Shown here: positions 28,251-38,540 of the stretch, one piece after another
Position numbering within the stretch: position 1 is the stretch's first letter
How the letters are laid out: each line of letters opens with the position of its first letter
IMG/VR virus record: IMGVR_UViG_3300033076_001295
Coordinates: 1-38,540 of that record
Direction: 5' to 3' (one strand)
DNA: 38,540 nucleotides
Origin: a virus
Taxonomy: Duplodnaviria > Caudoviricetes
Notes under the pieces: generated by a model
What the model saw: only the letters and a program-made list of their open reading frames with translations
What the model was told of the DNA's origin: nothing
Databases searched by the model: none
Program-made: the position numbers and the translations under genes

Positions 28251-31200
28251 ATGACCAAAAGTTATAGGATACGAACAGCACTAGGTACTGACAAAAATAT
28301 AAGAATCAACATCAACCAAGATTTCGATTTTTTAGAGATTTTATCTTTGAAATTGAGACAGGAAGACGTATATACTCGTTTTTGTGCTGACTATGGTGTT
28401 GTGACAGGAAGAGTCATTGTTAACGGTGGATACGGAGTCCCAAATGCTAATGTCTCATTATTTGTTCCATTAGATAGTGTGGACGAAAATGACCCTGTAA
28501 TATCTACATTATACCCATATAAGACGGCGGATGAAAAAAACGAGGATGGTTATAGATATAATTTATTACCATACAAACAAGAATACGCAGGACATACACC
28601 AACAGGAACTTTTCCCGACAGAGAAGATGTTCTTACAAGAACTGAAGTATTAGAGGTTTATGAAAAATATTATAAATACACCGTAAAAACTAATGAAAGT
28701 GGTGACTTTATGATTGTTGGAGCACCATTAGGTATTCAAACTTTAGTATTAGATTTAGACCTTTCTAATATTGGTTCTTTTTCTTTAAGACCTGCAGACT
28801 TAATCAGGGCTGGTTTAGCAACACCCGAACAATTTAATGGAGACCAATTTAAGTCGTCAACGGATTTAAGTTCATTACCACAACTTGTTAATATTAAAAA
28901 AGATGTTGAGGTAACACCTTTTTGGGGTGAAAATGATATTTGTAATATTGGAATTACAAGAACTGACTTTGATTTAAGAGATTTTGGTATTGATATCAAA
29001 CCTCATGCAATCTTTATGGGGTCAATATTTTCATCTTCAGATGAAGATTTTTTAGATACAAAATGTAAACCAAAAAAAGAAACAGGTAATCTATGTGATT
29101 TAGTTACGTCACCTGGTAGTATTTTAGCCGTTAGACAAACAATTGGTTATGATGTTGATGGAAGACCTATTTTGGAGCAACATATTCTACCTGATGGTGG
29201 TAAAGTAATTGATGATGATGGTACATGGTTAGTTGAAGTACCTATGAATTTAGACTACGTGACCACAAATGAATTTGGAGAAGAAGTACTTTCAAACGAC
29301 CCAACAGTAGGTATCCCAACAAAAGGAAAATATCGATTTAGAATCCAATACCAAAATGAGACAGGTATGGAAAATAGTATAATGAGAGGTGATTATTTAG
29401 TACCTAACATTAAAGAGTGGGGATGGTCATCTTCAAACACAAACGAACCCGCTGATTTAGATGCCCAACTTTACTCATACGCATTCAGTTTGGATTGGAA
29501 TGAATATGGTGATACCGGAACTACTACAGGTGTCCAAATGATACAAGAAGCTATAAATTGTGAAGATAGGTTCTATGAATTTAATTACAATAAAGTATAT
29601 ACAATATCAGGACATTTAGATAGATGGAAGTGGGGTTCAAACAGATTAAGACACTTAGGCATTAAAGATATTACCGATAGAACTTGTACTAATAATGTAA
29701 ACAGATTTCCTGTGAATGATGGTGTAAGGAACTTTGATTTCCTTGTTTTTATAATGAATTTAATACTCACTATTTTAACACCGGCTTTTGTTGCTTTAAT
29801 TATTATACTACACGTTCTAGCATTAATATACCCAATAATCCAATTTATAATAGATTTAATAGTTTGGATTGTTAACAAATTGATTTATACTATATGTCTT
29901 GTCGTAGCATTTTTATCACCAAAGTTAAAAAAAGAAGATTGTAAACAAACAACAATTACTCCTTTAGGTAGTGATAACCCATTCAAGAGAATATCACTAC
30001 CAATGATGTCTTATCCCGATTGTGAAGCTTGTCCTTGTGAAGATGAAGCATTACCTACCGAAACATCACCAACAGCTCAAAGTATTACAAATACAATTTC
30101 TTCAGTAAATAATAGTTTATTGGCGGATTTAACCTCAATCAACTCATACGAGGCATATGAAGGTGCGGTACTTGACCCAAGTTGGTCAGGAGCAACACCT
30201 TATCAAAATGGAGTAAGACAAATTTTTGCAGGATACCAATATCATTCAGGTTCATATTCAGGTCTTAATAAACTCTACAAAGTTCCTATTGCTCAGTGGC
30301 CTTTCACTGCTACAGGAGGGAAGATTGGGTTTGATATTAATTTGGCTCAAAGCCTAAATATTGGAAACACAAGAGGAAGATACTTTGCGGGTGATAATCA
30401 CATTAGAACTACAGTAAGAAATATAAATCCACAAACAAATACAGTTAGCCCGTCAACAACATTTGATGATAATATAATGGTTCTACTTGTTGACCCAGGT
30501 ACGTTATCAGTATTACAACCAGGACAGTTATTGTCTTTCACTGACCTAACAACTATCAGTGACCCTAACATCACAGGTTTAACGACGCCAAACCAATTTA
30601 ATACTAATAATATTACCGGTTCAACACCATATAACGGAGGCTCTTTAGTAACAAGACCTGTTACATGGATTAACCCTTTAGGTAATATACAAAACGGACA
30701 ACTAAAATTAAAAATAACAGAACAAGGTAAACCATATAACTTCAAAGCGGGTGTAGAATATTTCCAAGTCATTACAGGTGGTACAACAGATGCGTTCACA
30801 GCTTCAACACACCCAACTTTAGGATTTTTGAATAGGTATCTTTACACAAAAACACAAAAATTAGAATTTGGGTTCCCATTAATTACACAAGGTGTTTATC
30901 CACTTGATTATTTGGATTTACACGAAAATATGGCGATAATAATACTTAATAGAGGTGTTGACCCATATACCGAAAAACAAAATATTAGATACGACTTATC
31001 AAAAATATTTGGATATTCTTTTGGTGTAGGACCTATAGTTGAAGGGGCATATTATTTGAATATACCTGTACAACCAAATACAGGACCATCAACAAGCACC
31101 CTATCTAACAATTGGTTTACTGATTATAAAACACCTGAAACACATCGTGTTACTGGAAACACTAACGTATCACTTTACCACGAACCATTTGGATTTACTG

Positions 31201-33113
31201 TGGACAGCAGTCAATTTACTGCGTTTACAAACAATTCAATTCATTACTATAACTCAACGGATAAAAGTCAACTGAATTTTAAGGCATTTAATACTGATGG
31301 TTATGCTTTATCGTATTTTACAAACAATACAGGTGCTTTGGACGATTTCCCAAATGGAAATAATAAAATGTCATTCCAATTTTATTTAGACCTACAATCA
31401 AGTACACCACAAGGTAACATTGAGGGAGGTACCTTTGTAACTTCAACCATTTCTGGTGGTACTTATTATGATTACACAACACATGAAGCGAGAGTAATGT
31501 CACCGGCATATCACCTACAATCACCACCAAATGTCACAATTTCAAATAACAACAGACTTGTATTACGTACAGACAGATTACCGACTTCCACTTCTTTAGA
31601 ACTAAGTGGTAATTCTTCATATTCACTTCACTTAAATAATAACTTTGCAATCTTTGCTATAAATGAACAAGGAAATGGTACTGTAGTTCCTTTCGTATCG
31701 TCACAAGCCACAGATAATACAAACAACATACAAGACTTGACAGGAGACACGTCAAATGGTATTACAGATGCAGTTATAGGTTCACTACAATGTAGTAATT
31801 TAACTTTGTTAGAATGTTACAATGGGAGTGGGACTAATTTCACTGTTGATGACCCATGTGATGCAAATCCAAACGGTAAAAGAGTTAAAGGTGGTTGTTA
31901 TTATTTTGTAGATAAACCACTAGTTGCATCAATACCTAAAGACATAAAGTATTTTATCGAATGGAAATCAAGGTTTAGAATGATGTTTGCCGCATGTCGA
32001 GGGGTTTTCTCACAGGTATTCCAAAACAACTGGGTAAACGGTTCATTATATATGTTCTCATTCAAGAAACAAACGATATTTAATGTTTCTGGACAACCAA
32101 AAAAATACCTATTCTGTGGAAGTTACGATAGTGTTTTTAGAACGGGACAAGGTCCATTATTCTATGCTGAAGGTAAAACAAATGCGATTTATTATAGGTC
32201 AACACCATATACAGGTAATGACTTTGTTGGGCAAATACCAAAAAGAAGATTAGCACCACTCACACCTTTAATTACTGCTGGTTATGGAGGTATGAACACA
32301 AGAAATATTTTCTTCCCTACCACAATTATGGATTTAGGACCAAGAGACCAATTCACAAAAGAAATCTCTACAAATCCACAATTCCAAGGATATTTAATGG
32401 ATACAATTAAGTCTACATCATTTAATAATACCTCTGATTTACTCCAATTATTTATAATTTCAAGATTAATTAATTCTAATTTCTTGGGTCAGATGTTAGG
32501 ACTTGGGGATGCATCCATTAATAGAATGTTCTCACGTAGTGAAGATAGAATTGATGGTGATATTGCACAACTTTTCAGTATAAACTCTGAATATGGTGTA
32601 GAAGGATTTAGTGATGACACTTATGACGATACGACATTATACGTTGCAAATAACGGAGATGCTTTAGTTGGTGTATTCTTTACTGCAAACACAGAGAACA
32701 GAATTAAACTGACACCAGGTATTACAACGTTCACCCCAACACTAACTAATCTTTATGGGTACCCTAAAACACAAGAAGTACCATTTTATCTTTGGGGATT
32801 AAACAACACAGATACTATTTTTGGTACAGATAAAAATGATTGGGTTACAGGATTACAAGGAAACGGTTTTTACAAATACAAATACCAAACACAAAGTTTT
32901 TACCAAGCACCTTATTCGAATTATTTTAATAATTCAAACTATGGTAAGAAAGGTTATATCTATAACTCAAATAATAATGGATATAGTACAGTTTTCCCAT
33001 CAGGTCAATCAAATAAGTTTTTGGTAGGGGCACCATTCCATTTCTACTTTGGTTTGTCTAAGGGTAAAAGTGCAATGAACAAATACATAACAAAATACAT
33101 TTTCAATAAGTAA
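28251..33113 (+). CDS. Large structural protein with an N-terminal carboxypeptidase-regulatory-like beta-sandwich and an internal hydrophobic segment
   Basis: 1620 aa with 'GVVTGRVIVNGGYGVPNANVSL' and 'KTNESGDFMIVGAPLG', plus a ~60-aa hydrophobic stretch; located in the baseplate operon. Confidence 0.55.
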   Translation: MTKSYRIRTALGTDKNIRININQDFDFLEILSLKLRQEDVYTRFCADYGVVTGRVIVNGGYGVPNANVSLFVPLDSVDENDPVISTLYPYKTADEKNEDGYRYNLLPYKQEYAGHTPTGTFPDREDVLTRTEVLEVYEKYYKYTVKTNESGDFMIVGAPLGIQTLVLDLDLSNIGSFSLRPADLIRAGLATPEQFNGDQFKSSTDLSSLPQLVNIKKDVEVTPFWGENDICNIGITRTDFDLRDFGIDIKPHAIFMGSIFSSSDEDFLDTKCKPKKETGNLCDLVTSPGSILAVRQTIGYDVDGRPILEQHILPDGGKVIDDDGTWLVEVPMNLDYVTTNEFGEEVLSNDPTVGIPTKGKYRFRIQYQNETGMENSIMRGDYLVPNIKEWGWSSSNTNEPADLDAQLYSYAFSLDWNEYGDTGTTTGVQMIQEAINCEDRFYEFNYNKVYTISGHLDRWKWGSNRLRHLGIKDITDRTCTNNVNRFPVNDGVRNFDFLVFIMNLILTILTPAFVALIIILHVLALIYPIIQFIIDLIVWIVNKLIYTICLVVAFLSPKLKKEDCKQTTITPLGSDNPFKRISLPMMSYPDCEACPCEDEALPTETSPTAQSITNTISSVNNSLLADLTSINSYEAYEGAVLDPSWSGATPYQNGVRQIFAGYQYHSGSYSGLNKLYKVPIAQWPFTATGGKIGFDINLAQSLNIGNTRGRYFAGDNHIRTTVRNINPQTNTVSPSTTFDDNIMVLLVDPGTLSVLQPGQLLSFTDLTTISDPNITGLTTPNQFNTNNITGSTPYNGGSLVTRPVTWINPLGNIQNGQLKLKITEQGKPYNFKAGVEYFQVITGGTTDAFTASTHPTLGFLNRYLYTKTQKLEFGFPLITQGVYPLDYLDLHENMAIIILNRGVDPYTEKQNIRYDLSKIFGYSFGVGPIVEGAYYLNIPVQPNTGPSTSTLSNNWFTDYKTPETHRVTGNTNVSLYHEPFGFTVDSSQFTAFTNNSIHYYNSTDKSQLNFKAFNTDGYALSYFTNNTGALDDFPNGNNKMSFQFYLDLQSSTPQGNIEGGTFVTSTISGGTYYDYTTHEARVMSPAYHLQSPPNVTISNNNRLVLRTDRLPTSTSLELSGNSSYSLHLNNNFAIFAINEQGNGTVVPFVSSQATDNTNNIQDLTGDTSNGITDAVIGSLQCSNLTLLECYNGSGTNFTVDDPCDANPNGKRVKGGCYYFVDKPLVASIPKDIKYFIEWKSRFRMMFAACRGVFSQVFQNNWVNGSLYMFSFKKQTIFNVSGQPKKYLFCGSYDSVFRTGQGPLFYAEGKTNAIYYRSTPYTGNDFVGQIPKRRLAPLTPLITAGYGGMNTRNIFFPTTIMDLGPRDQFTKEISTNPQFQGYLMDTIKSTSFNNTSDLLQLFIISRLINSNFLGQMLGLGDASINRMFSRSEDRIDGDIAQLFSINSEYGVEGFSDDTYDDTTLYVANNGDALVGVFFTANTENRIKLTPGITTFTPTLTNLYGYPKTQEVPFYLWGLNNTDTIFGTDKNDWVTGLQGNGFYKYKYQTQSFYQAPYSNYFNNSNYGKKGYIYNSNNNGYSTVFPSGQSNKFLVGAPFHFYFGLSKGKSAMNKYITKYIFNK

Positions 33114-34864
33114 TGTCTAATCAAAACGAAATACAGATAGTTTTAGGTTCAAAACAATTTGCTGGTAACACAGACAAAGACATTTGGATTCAACCACCAC
33201 TCATTGGTGATAGAAGAACTATGGTTGAAGGTGATAGGTCATTAACAATAAATTTAGCAACTCAGTTTGATACCGAAAGACAAGAAAGTAGTGACTTTAG
33301 AATATCAGGTAAAATAACCAACATATTTCAAAATAGTGTTTCAGGTAAAACAACATATACCCCATTTAGAAATATATTGTATTATACTAATCCAATTAAT
33401 AATGCCACATTAAACAACCCACCAAATCCAAATGTACCATGGGAGGGTTACCCACAATTTGAAGAGTTTATTTTTTTAAGAAACTCAGCAATTCCAGGTC
33501 ATAGAGATTTTATACCAAAAAGTGCAACATCATATAATTGGTCTATGTATTTAACATATCCGTTTAGTAGCTCAACTACTCAACCTATGTCATATACAGA
33601 TGATACGTTCAATACCACCATGAACTTTGTCGCGGCCGACGGAATACCGTTTGTAATCAATACAGGTCAAACAAATGGAAAAAATGTGGTTTACTTCAAC
33701 TGTGGTACAAGACATAACTTAAAAGAGGGTGAATGGGTTGAACTTAATATTCCTTCAGTACCAAATGGTATTAGTGGTAAAAAAGTTTATCAGGTTTATT
33801 CAATAGGTGATGAAAATTATAGGTCAGAAGAAAAGGTATTTTCTATTTTCAATATGAAATTCACACCATCCCAAATAATACCAGGAACTCCTGGTACATT
33901 CAAAAGAATTACTTCTTTAGTTAATAGTGCTGAAACTAAATCTTCATATTATATTAGACTCCATAAAGTTTTAGCCAATCATGATGAGTTTGTTATTTCT
34001 CAGGCTGGTTTTGAAAATAATGCGTTTAGCACTAAAACTAAATTAGAATATTCTGCACTTACACCAAATGGTGTCCAAAGAGTTTCTACAAAAGAAGGTT
34101 CTAAATCATTTACATATAGTTTGAATAAAGACGTATCAATTGCGGGATTGAAAGATAATAACGGAAAACCAATCACTCAATTATTTGTTTCTATTATACA
34201 TAAAGGTTATATGGGTTGGTTTAACCCACCGATTCAAAATACTGATGGAACAAACACTGGAATTGATATTGGATGGAATTTTAATTTCTTAAAAGATTCT
34301 ACAAGTAATTGGTGGAACCACACATCTTTAGCTAATAAAGATTTTTTACCATTAGGTTCATATGAACAACCATTAGGTAGTGGTCAATTATTTTATTATA
34401 CAGAACAACTACCTAATGGTTCTGTAATAAAAGGTGATTTCTGTGAATATAATAATGTAGAACAATCTGAATATGTTATTTCACCATTGTATCACAAATA
34501 TTCTTTGAACAGTAATTACTTTTTTGACAACTCAACTTTATTTTTACCTAGTGGTTATGTGTATGAACCACACCACCCAATACAAGTAAGGGTATTTAGT
34601 AATTATTTGGAATTCGGTAACCCAAAAGATAGTGACCTTGTACCTACATATGCTTATTTCTCTGAGTATGAGCAAAGTTTCATATGGAGAGACATATACA
34701 CTTACGGATTTATTGATAGTGAAGGAATTGGTGTTGATTACCCATTCACTAATGGGGCACACTACCCATTCAAAGATATTACATTCTTACAAAAACCAAC
34801 CCAAAGAAATACTGATTTTGTCACAACAATCATAAACGGACCAATAAATGACGATTGTGAATAA
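33113..34864 (+). CDS. Hypothetical virion structural protein
   Basis: 583 aa, TAATG-coupled to the upstream gene, aromatic- and Asn-rich; structural role inferred from context. Confidence 0.6.
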   Translation: MSNQNEIQIVLGSKQFAGNTDKDIWIQPPLIGDRRTMVEGDRSLTINLATQFDTERQESSDFRISGKITNIFQNSVSGKTTYTPFRNILYYTNPINNATLNNPPNPNVPWEGYPQFEEFIFLRNSAIPGHRDFIPKSATSYNWSMYLTYPFSSSTTQPMSYTDDTFNTTMNFVAADGIPFVINTGQTNGKNVVYFNCGTRHNLKEGEWVELNIPSVPNGISGKKVYQVYSIGDENYRSEEKVFSIFNMKFTPSQIIPGTPGTFKRITSLVNSAETKSSYYIRLHKVLANHDEFVISQAGFENNAFSTKTKLEYSALTPNGVQRVSTKEGSKSFTYSLNKDVSIAGLKDNNGKPITQLFVSIIHKGYMGWFNPPIQNTDGTNTGIDIGWNFNFLKDSTSNWWNHTSLANKDFLPLGSYEQPLGSGQLFYYTEQLPNGSVIKGDFCEYNNVEQSEYVISPLYHKYSLNSNYFFDNSTLFLPSGYVYEPHHPIQVRVFSNYLEFGNPKDSDLVPTYAYFSEYEQSFIWRDIYTYGFIDSEGIGVDYPFTNGAHYPFKDITFLQKPTQRNTDFVTTIINGPINDDCE

Positions 34865-35702
34865 TAATTACTATAGATTTAGATTAAATCCAAATGATTT
34901 GGAATTGAATATACCTATCGAACTAACTTTTGATACTGAGGGTAGAGAACAAGCGGTGGAGCAATTTGAAAAAAATGCGGTACAACAAATAATAAACGGT
35001 ATTGAAGATTTTGAGGTTGCAAGATTTGCACACGCACCTTGGGATAGTAATCCAAACAAGACTGAAATTTCGTATATATTTAATTTCTTTGATTATACAC
35101 AACCAACAAGTTTTGTAACAAATCCACCATCAATAAATGATTGGTTAGATGATTATCAAAATGCGTCATTTACTGATTCGGAGATATACTATTTTTCAAA
35201 TTCATTCAAAGCGTCCTTTTTCAAATTAGATTTTTACGATACTAAAAACGACGAGACTCAAAAAATATTGTTTTCCGTGATTCTACCAACACAACAAGGA
35301 CTTAAAGAACCGGGTACTATTGGACCCGCATTGAACCCAACATCAGTGTTGGTTAAAAAACCGAAGTATGTCTTGGATTACACAGGACAAGATAAAGAAG
35401 GGTTTTTCTTTTATTGGTTAAGAAATGAATCTTATATACAACAAACTGAGTTTTACATGTCCTGTAAATTCTTCAATGCTAAAAAAGGGCAATTTGTAAG
35501 AATGGTAAATGAACCACAATCTTCTTTTTCAGGACCAACAAAATTTAATTTTAACAAACAAGAATTCTTCTACTATAAAGTTGTATTAGACTACAGTAGT
35601 TATGAATATAAGATATATAAAGAAACCCCAAATCAAGTTAGAGTCGGTCAAGGACAAACAACAAATGAAGCAATAAACTGGTATGAATATGTTAATCCAT
35701 AA
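34848..35702 (+). CDS. Hypothetical virion structural protein
   Basis: 284 aa overlapping the upstream stop; the true start could be the GTG at 34857. Confidence 0.6.
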   Translation: MTIVNNNYYRFRLNPNDLELNIPIELTFDTEGREQAVEQFEKNAVQQIINGIEDFEVARFAHAPWDSNPNKTEISYIFNFFDYTQPTSFVTNPPSINDWLDDYQNASFTDSEIYYFSNSFKASFFKLDFYDTKNDETQKILFSVILPTQQGLKEPGTIGPALNPTSVLVKKPKYVLDYTGQDKEGFFFYWLRNESYIQQTEFYMSCKFFNAKKGQFVRMVNEPQSSFSGPTKFNFNKQEFFYYKVVLDYSSYEYKIYKETPNQVRVGQGQTTNEAINWYEYVNP

Positions 35703-36844
35703 TGGAAAGCGAAAAATTAACTTTTAAGATTTCACCTGAAGTTTTATCCACAGATATATTTGGATTGGTATATACTGCACAAACATTTTATGATTTACCA
35801 GCAAACGGAGTACCAACACCTTCAACACCTTTTACGTCAGTCACTCAGAACTTTTCTTTGTATTCTGGTATGACTCAAATTTTAACTGGAGGGACGAATG
35901 GTGACTCACTATTAACGGGGTTAACTATACCTTTATTGTTTACACAAACTTATAATGATATTGGTTACTATTCTGAGTTTGACGGATTAATTTGTCAAAA
36001 AGATATTATAACTAACTTCTTATTTTCAGGTGATAACCCATCTAATTTATTTTCAGTTAAACTTTATAATACTTCGGGTGATTTCACAACAAGTTATTTA
36101 GATTTTACAACTTTCATTGTTGATTGGGGAGACGGTTCTGCCCACCAACAGTTATCAACAACGAGTCTCGGACATATCTATCAAACACCCGGTAATTACA
36201 CAATTACAATGTCAGGTTCTAATCCTTGGGGATTAACCACAATATCAAAACCAATTACAATCCCGTTGGTTGGGGTGACAACACCTAACCCAAATGGTAC
36301 AATTTATTTTACACCACAGGGAGGTAGTTGGGCAAACACACAATTATCTTTGAATTATATCTTACCATTAGACTCCAATCAAAGTGCTCAATATCAAGCC
36401 TCATCAAATTGGACAACAACACCATTTATTGTTTCAGGTTTTACAAAATCAAAAGTTAATGATTTAAGAAGATATGGAACAGAAGCGTTCACTGTAGGTT
36501 ATTTGTTTACAAAAAACAATCAATTCTATGGTAAAATTGATTCTATAGATGATGGAATTACGGGGTACACAATAGAAAATATATCCTATTATGATTTACC
36601 TGACGGAAGAACTTTCTATGTTACGAATAGTTACGGACTTCAACCAAATGATTTAGATACGTCAATTATTACCAAAAATGAACAATTACTAGACTTTGTA
36701 ATGGCACCGCAAATCCAAACGGATATCTATGTTGAACGAGGTAAATATAGTGCAAATGAGTCATTAACGCGTTTGGGTGAAGTTGATAATATTGGAGACT
36801 TAGAAAGATATGGTTACGGATTCTTCAAAATTAACGTAACATAA
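35702..36844 (+). CDS. PKD-domain structural protein
   Basis: 'VDWGDGS...LGHIYQTPGNYTITMSGSNPWG' matches the PKD (Ig-like) signature; TAATG coupling. Confidence 0.7.
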   Translation: MESEKLTFKISPEVLSTDIFGLVYTAQTFYDLPANGVPTPSTPFTSVTQNFSLYSGMTQILTGGTNGDSLLTGLTIPLLFTQTYNDIGYYSEFDGLICQKDIITNFLFSGDNPSNLFSVKLYNTSGDFTTSYLDFTTFIVDWGDGSAHQQLSTTSLGHIYQTPGNYTITMSGSNPWGLTTISKPITIPLVGVTTPNPNGTIYFTPQGGSWANTQLSLNYILPLDSNQSAQYQASSNWTTTPFIVSGFTKSKVNDLRRYGTEAFTVGYLFTKNNQFYGKIDSIDDGITGYTIENISYYDLPDGRTFYVTNSYGLQPNDLDTSIITKNEQLLDFVMAPQIQTDIYVERGKYSANESLTRLGEVDNIGDLERYGYGFFKINVT

Positions 36845-36859
36845 AAAACCTGTATAAAC

Positions 36860-36867
36860 TATTTATA
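36860..36867 (+). promoter_or_regulatory. Putative phage late promoter motif TATTTATA
   Basis: TATTTAT 11 nt before the ATG at 36878. Confidence 0.6.
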
Positions 36868-36877
36868 AAATAAAAAA

Positions 36878-37786
36878 ATGGCATTAGGAACATACGGTAT
36901 TGTAAGACCCTCAGATGTATCACCACTAGATGTTGATATTATCTTACACTATACGCCAAGTAGAGACGTAACAGATAATTTTCTGTTAAAAAAATTAAAT
37001 GCACAAAGTATTCTTACACCATACTATCACAATGCTGACACAGGTGGAAATGCAAATGTTGAAATTTTAGGTGGACTTTATAATCTAAAATTACCGGCAA
37101 GTGAGTTTAATAAAAAAGGAATATACACATTATATATAAAACCTGCCGAAATAAGAACTACAATTACCGATTGTGGTGTTTTATCAGCACTACCTAACGT
37201 AAAAGGTATCATTATCAATTTGAATGATGTGCCGTCACAATTTAGAAATAAGTTTACAAACCAAGGATTGGTAGGATTTAGAGTAGAATACTTAAATCAA
37301 GACGGGACAAAAATTCCAAACTTTTATCGTATTGTAACATCTTCATTTTTTTGTGAGCCGGTTGTTACAGAACAAGTTAATTCATCACAAAAAACAATTA
37401 GATATAGGTATGTGGATGGAGGAAGTGATTTGGTATTTTGTACCCTTTCACCATCATCGTCACCAACAAACAAACCAACTGCAACACCATTTATTGGTCA
37501 ACCAAATCAAAATATTATAGTAACAAATACTTTCTTTAATCCAATAACCATAGACATTCAAATGGCGGATTATGATATTGATACTTTAGCAATTGCCCTT
37601 TACGGTAATCAGACTAAGAGTATGGAAGATGGTATTTATACTCTTTATGATAGTAATAACAACATCTATAAACAGTACAACTTGTTTGAAGTACGTGATA
37701 ACTTTAATGAATTATTATATGAAGTTAGACAAGATAGAGGTGCTAATATAGACTTTAGTAAAAACTTCACAAATATTATTACTTAA
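36878..37786 (+). CDS. Hypothetical virion structural protein
   Basis: 302-aa ORF preceded by the late-type motif, within the structural operon. Confidence 0.6.
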   Translation: MALGTYGIVRPSDVSPLDVDIILHYTPSRDVTDNFLLKKLNAQSILTPYYHNADTGGNANVEILGGLYNLKLPASEFNKKGIYTLYIKPAEIRTTITDCGVLSALPNVKGIIINLNDVPSQFRNKFTNQGLVGFRVEYLNQDGTKIPNFYRIVTSSFFCEPVVTEQVNSSQKTIRYRYVDGGSDLVFCTLSPSSSPTNKPTATPFIGQPNQNIIVTNTFFNPITIDIQMADYDIDTLAIALYGNQTKSMEDGIYTLYDSNNNIYKQYNLFEVRDNFNELLYEVRQDRGANIDFSKNFTNIIT

Positions 37787-38540
37787 TGGCAAATAAAATT
37801 TTCTTTCCCCCAATTGGTACGAATACTTTTGCAGATAATCTTGTAGGTGTTCAGATTACTGATGCGGGAGGGTTGACACAAGGGAATTTTCAATTTACAA
37901 CTGCGATATACGAAAAAAACAATCGTCAGTTCGATACTGGAGTGTTTTCAACACCATATACTTTAGAGAACCTAAAGATTGATAACATTGAGCAGGCCAA
38001 AAGAATAATTGAACAAAACTTTAAAGTTTACCCAAATTATGACTTGTCAGAAATTACAAGTTTTTCTTTATATGGTTCTTTATCAAAAAGGTTATCAGCG
38101 TCGGCGATTAAAATAATCAATAATTTCCCGGCTGCGATTGAAATATTTCCAAATCAACAGGCTGGGTTGTTCACAGGTTACACCGCATTCAACATTCAAT
38201 ATGATGTGGTGAATGATGAGACAACTTTTGACATGAATACAAGGTTGTTTAGAAACCCATTTGAAATTGATTTTTCGGTTAATGCATTAAGAAATATTGA
38301 AGTCAAACCTTTCCCTATCCACCCAATCAGGGCGTTGACTAGTGAATTTGAAAACTACGCAATCTACTTCCAAGACTTTTCACAGGAATATCCATTAACG
38401 GATTTTGAACCAACGGTTTCACTAAGTGGGGGTAATGTGACTTTAATTGTAAAAGGAGACCCATTCAGTGGTCAAACTGCAGTTACAAGTAATTTGATAT
38501 TAAAACCAAACAACACAAAAACTCAACAAATTTTTACAGA
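37786..38540 (+). CDS. Partial (3'-truncated) structural protein, absent from the ORF track
   Basis: ATG at 37786 overlaps the upstream TAA (TAATG). The frame reads MANKIFFPPIGTNTFADNLVGVQITDAGG...YGSLSKRLSASAIKIINNFPAA... and stays open to the window end. Confidence 0.8.
   Translation, partial: MANKIFFPPIGTNTFADNLVGVQITDAGGLTQGNFQFTTAIYEKNNRQFDTGVFSTPYTLENLKIDNIEQAKRIIEQNFKVYPNYDLSEITSFSLYGSLSKRLSASAIKIINNFPAAIEIFPNQQAGLFTGYTAFNIQYDVVNDETTFDMNTRLFRNPFEIDFSVNALRNIEVKPFPIHPIRALTSEFENYAIYFQDFSQEYPLTDFEPTVSLSGGNVTLIVKGDPFSGQTAVTSNLILKPNNTKTQQIFT

Noticed and set aside
30398-30799. 133-aa minus-strand ORF and the other 60-115-aa nested ORFs in the track
   Set aside because: They are nested in long, well-supported + strand genes and show no motifs or regulatory signals.
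1-38540. Stop-codon reassignment (as in some large Bacteroidota phages)
   Set aside because: Multi-kilobase ORFs are intact in the standard code and TAG appears only at plausible gene ends (964, 9256, 19481).
1-38540. tRNA or other structured RNA genes
   Set aside because: Intergenic gaps are all under about 130 nt and are explained by terminators and promoters; no cloverleaf motifs were seen.

Overview
AT-rich segment of a large dsDNA tailed phage with a contractile, T4-like baseplate (myovirus type, probably a jumbo phage). Every credible gene is on the + strand and reads in the standard code. The order is: a tail/baseplate module (gp26-like chaperone, an ATG-less gp51-like frame, tape measure, a 2030-aa tube-initiator-like protein carrying an OmpA-type motif, a LysM/gp53-like protein, a 2336-aa hub-like protein), two small late genes, an insulated replication island (gp32-like SSB, UvsX/RecA, 5'-3' exonuclease, gp41/DnaB helicase, nrdB, nrdA), and a second baseplate module (gp25, gp6 and several large structural proteins, the last truncated by the window edge). 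A Bacteroidetes-type promoter and A-rich leaders without Shine-Dalgarno sites suggest a Bacteroidota host. The most notable signals are: (1) a candidate +1 ribosomal frameshift at UUU_UUU_CGU fusing the gp26-like and gp51-like chaperones; (2) a recurring TATTTAT late-promoter-like motif; (3) a shared GACACT-N6-GACA-N3-TGTC element at the two terminators that bracket most of the replication genes; (4) cell-envelope-interacting modules embedded in giant baseplate proteins. All product calls come from motif recognition and gene order by eye; no database searches were run.
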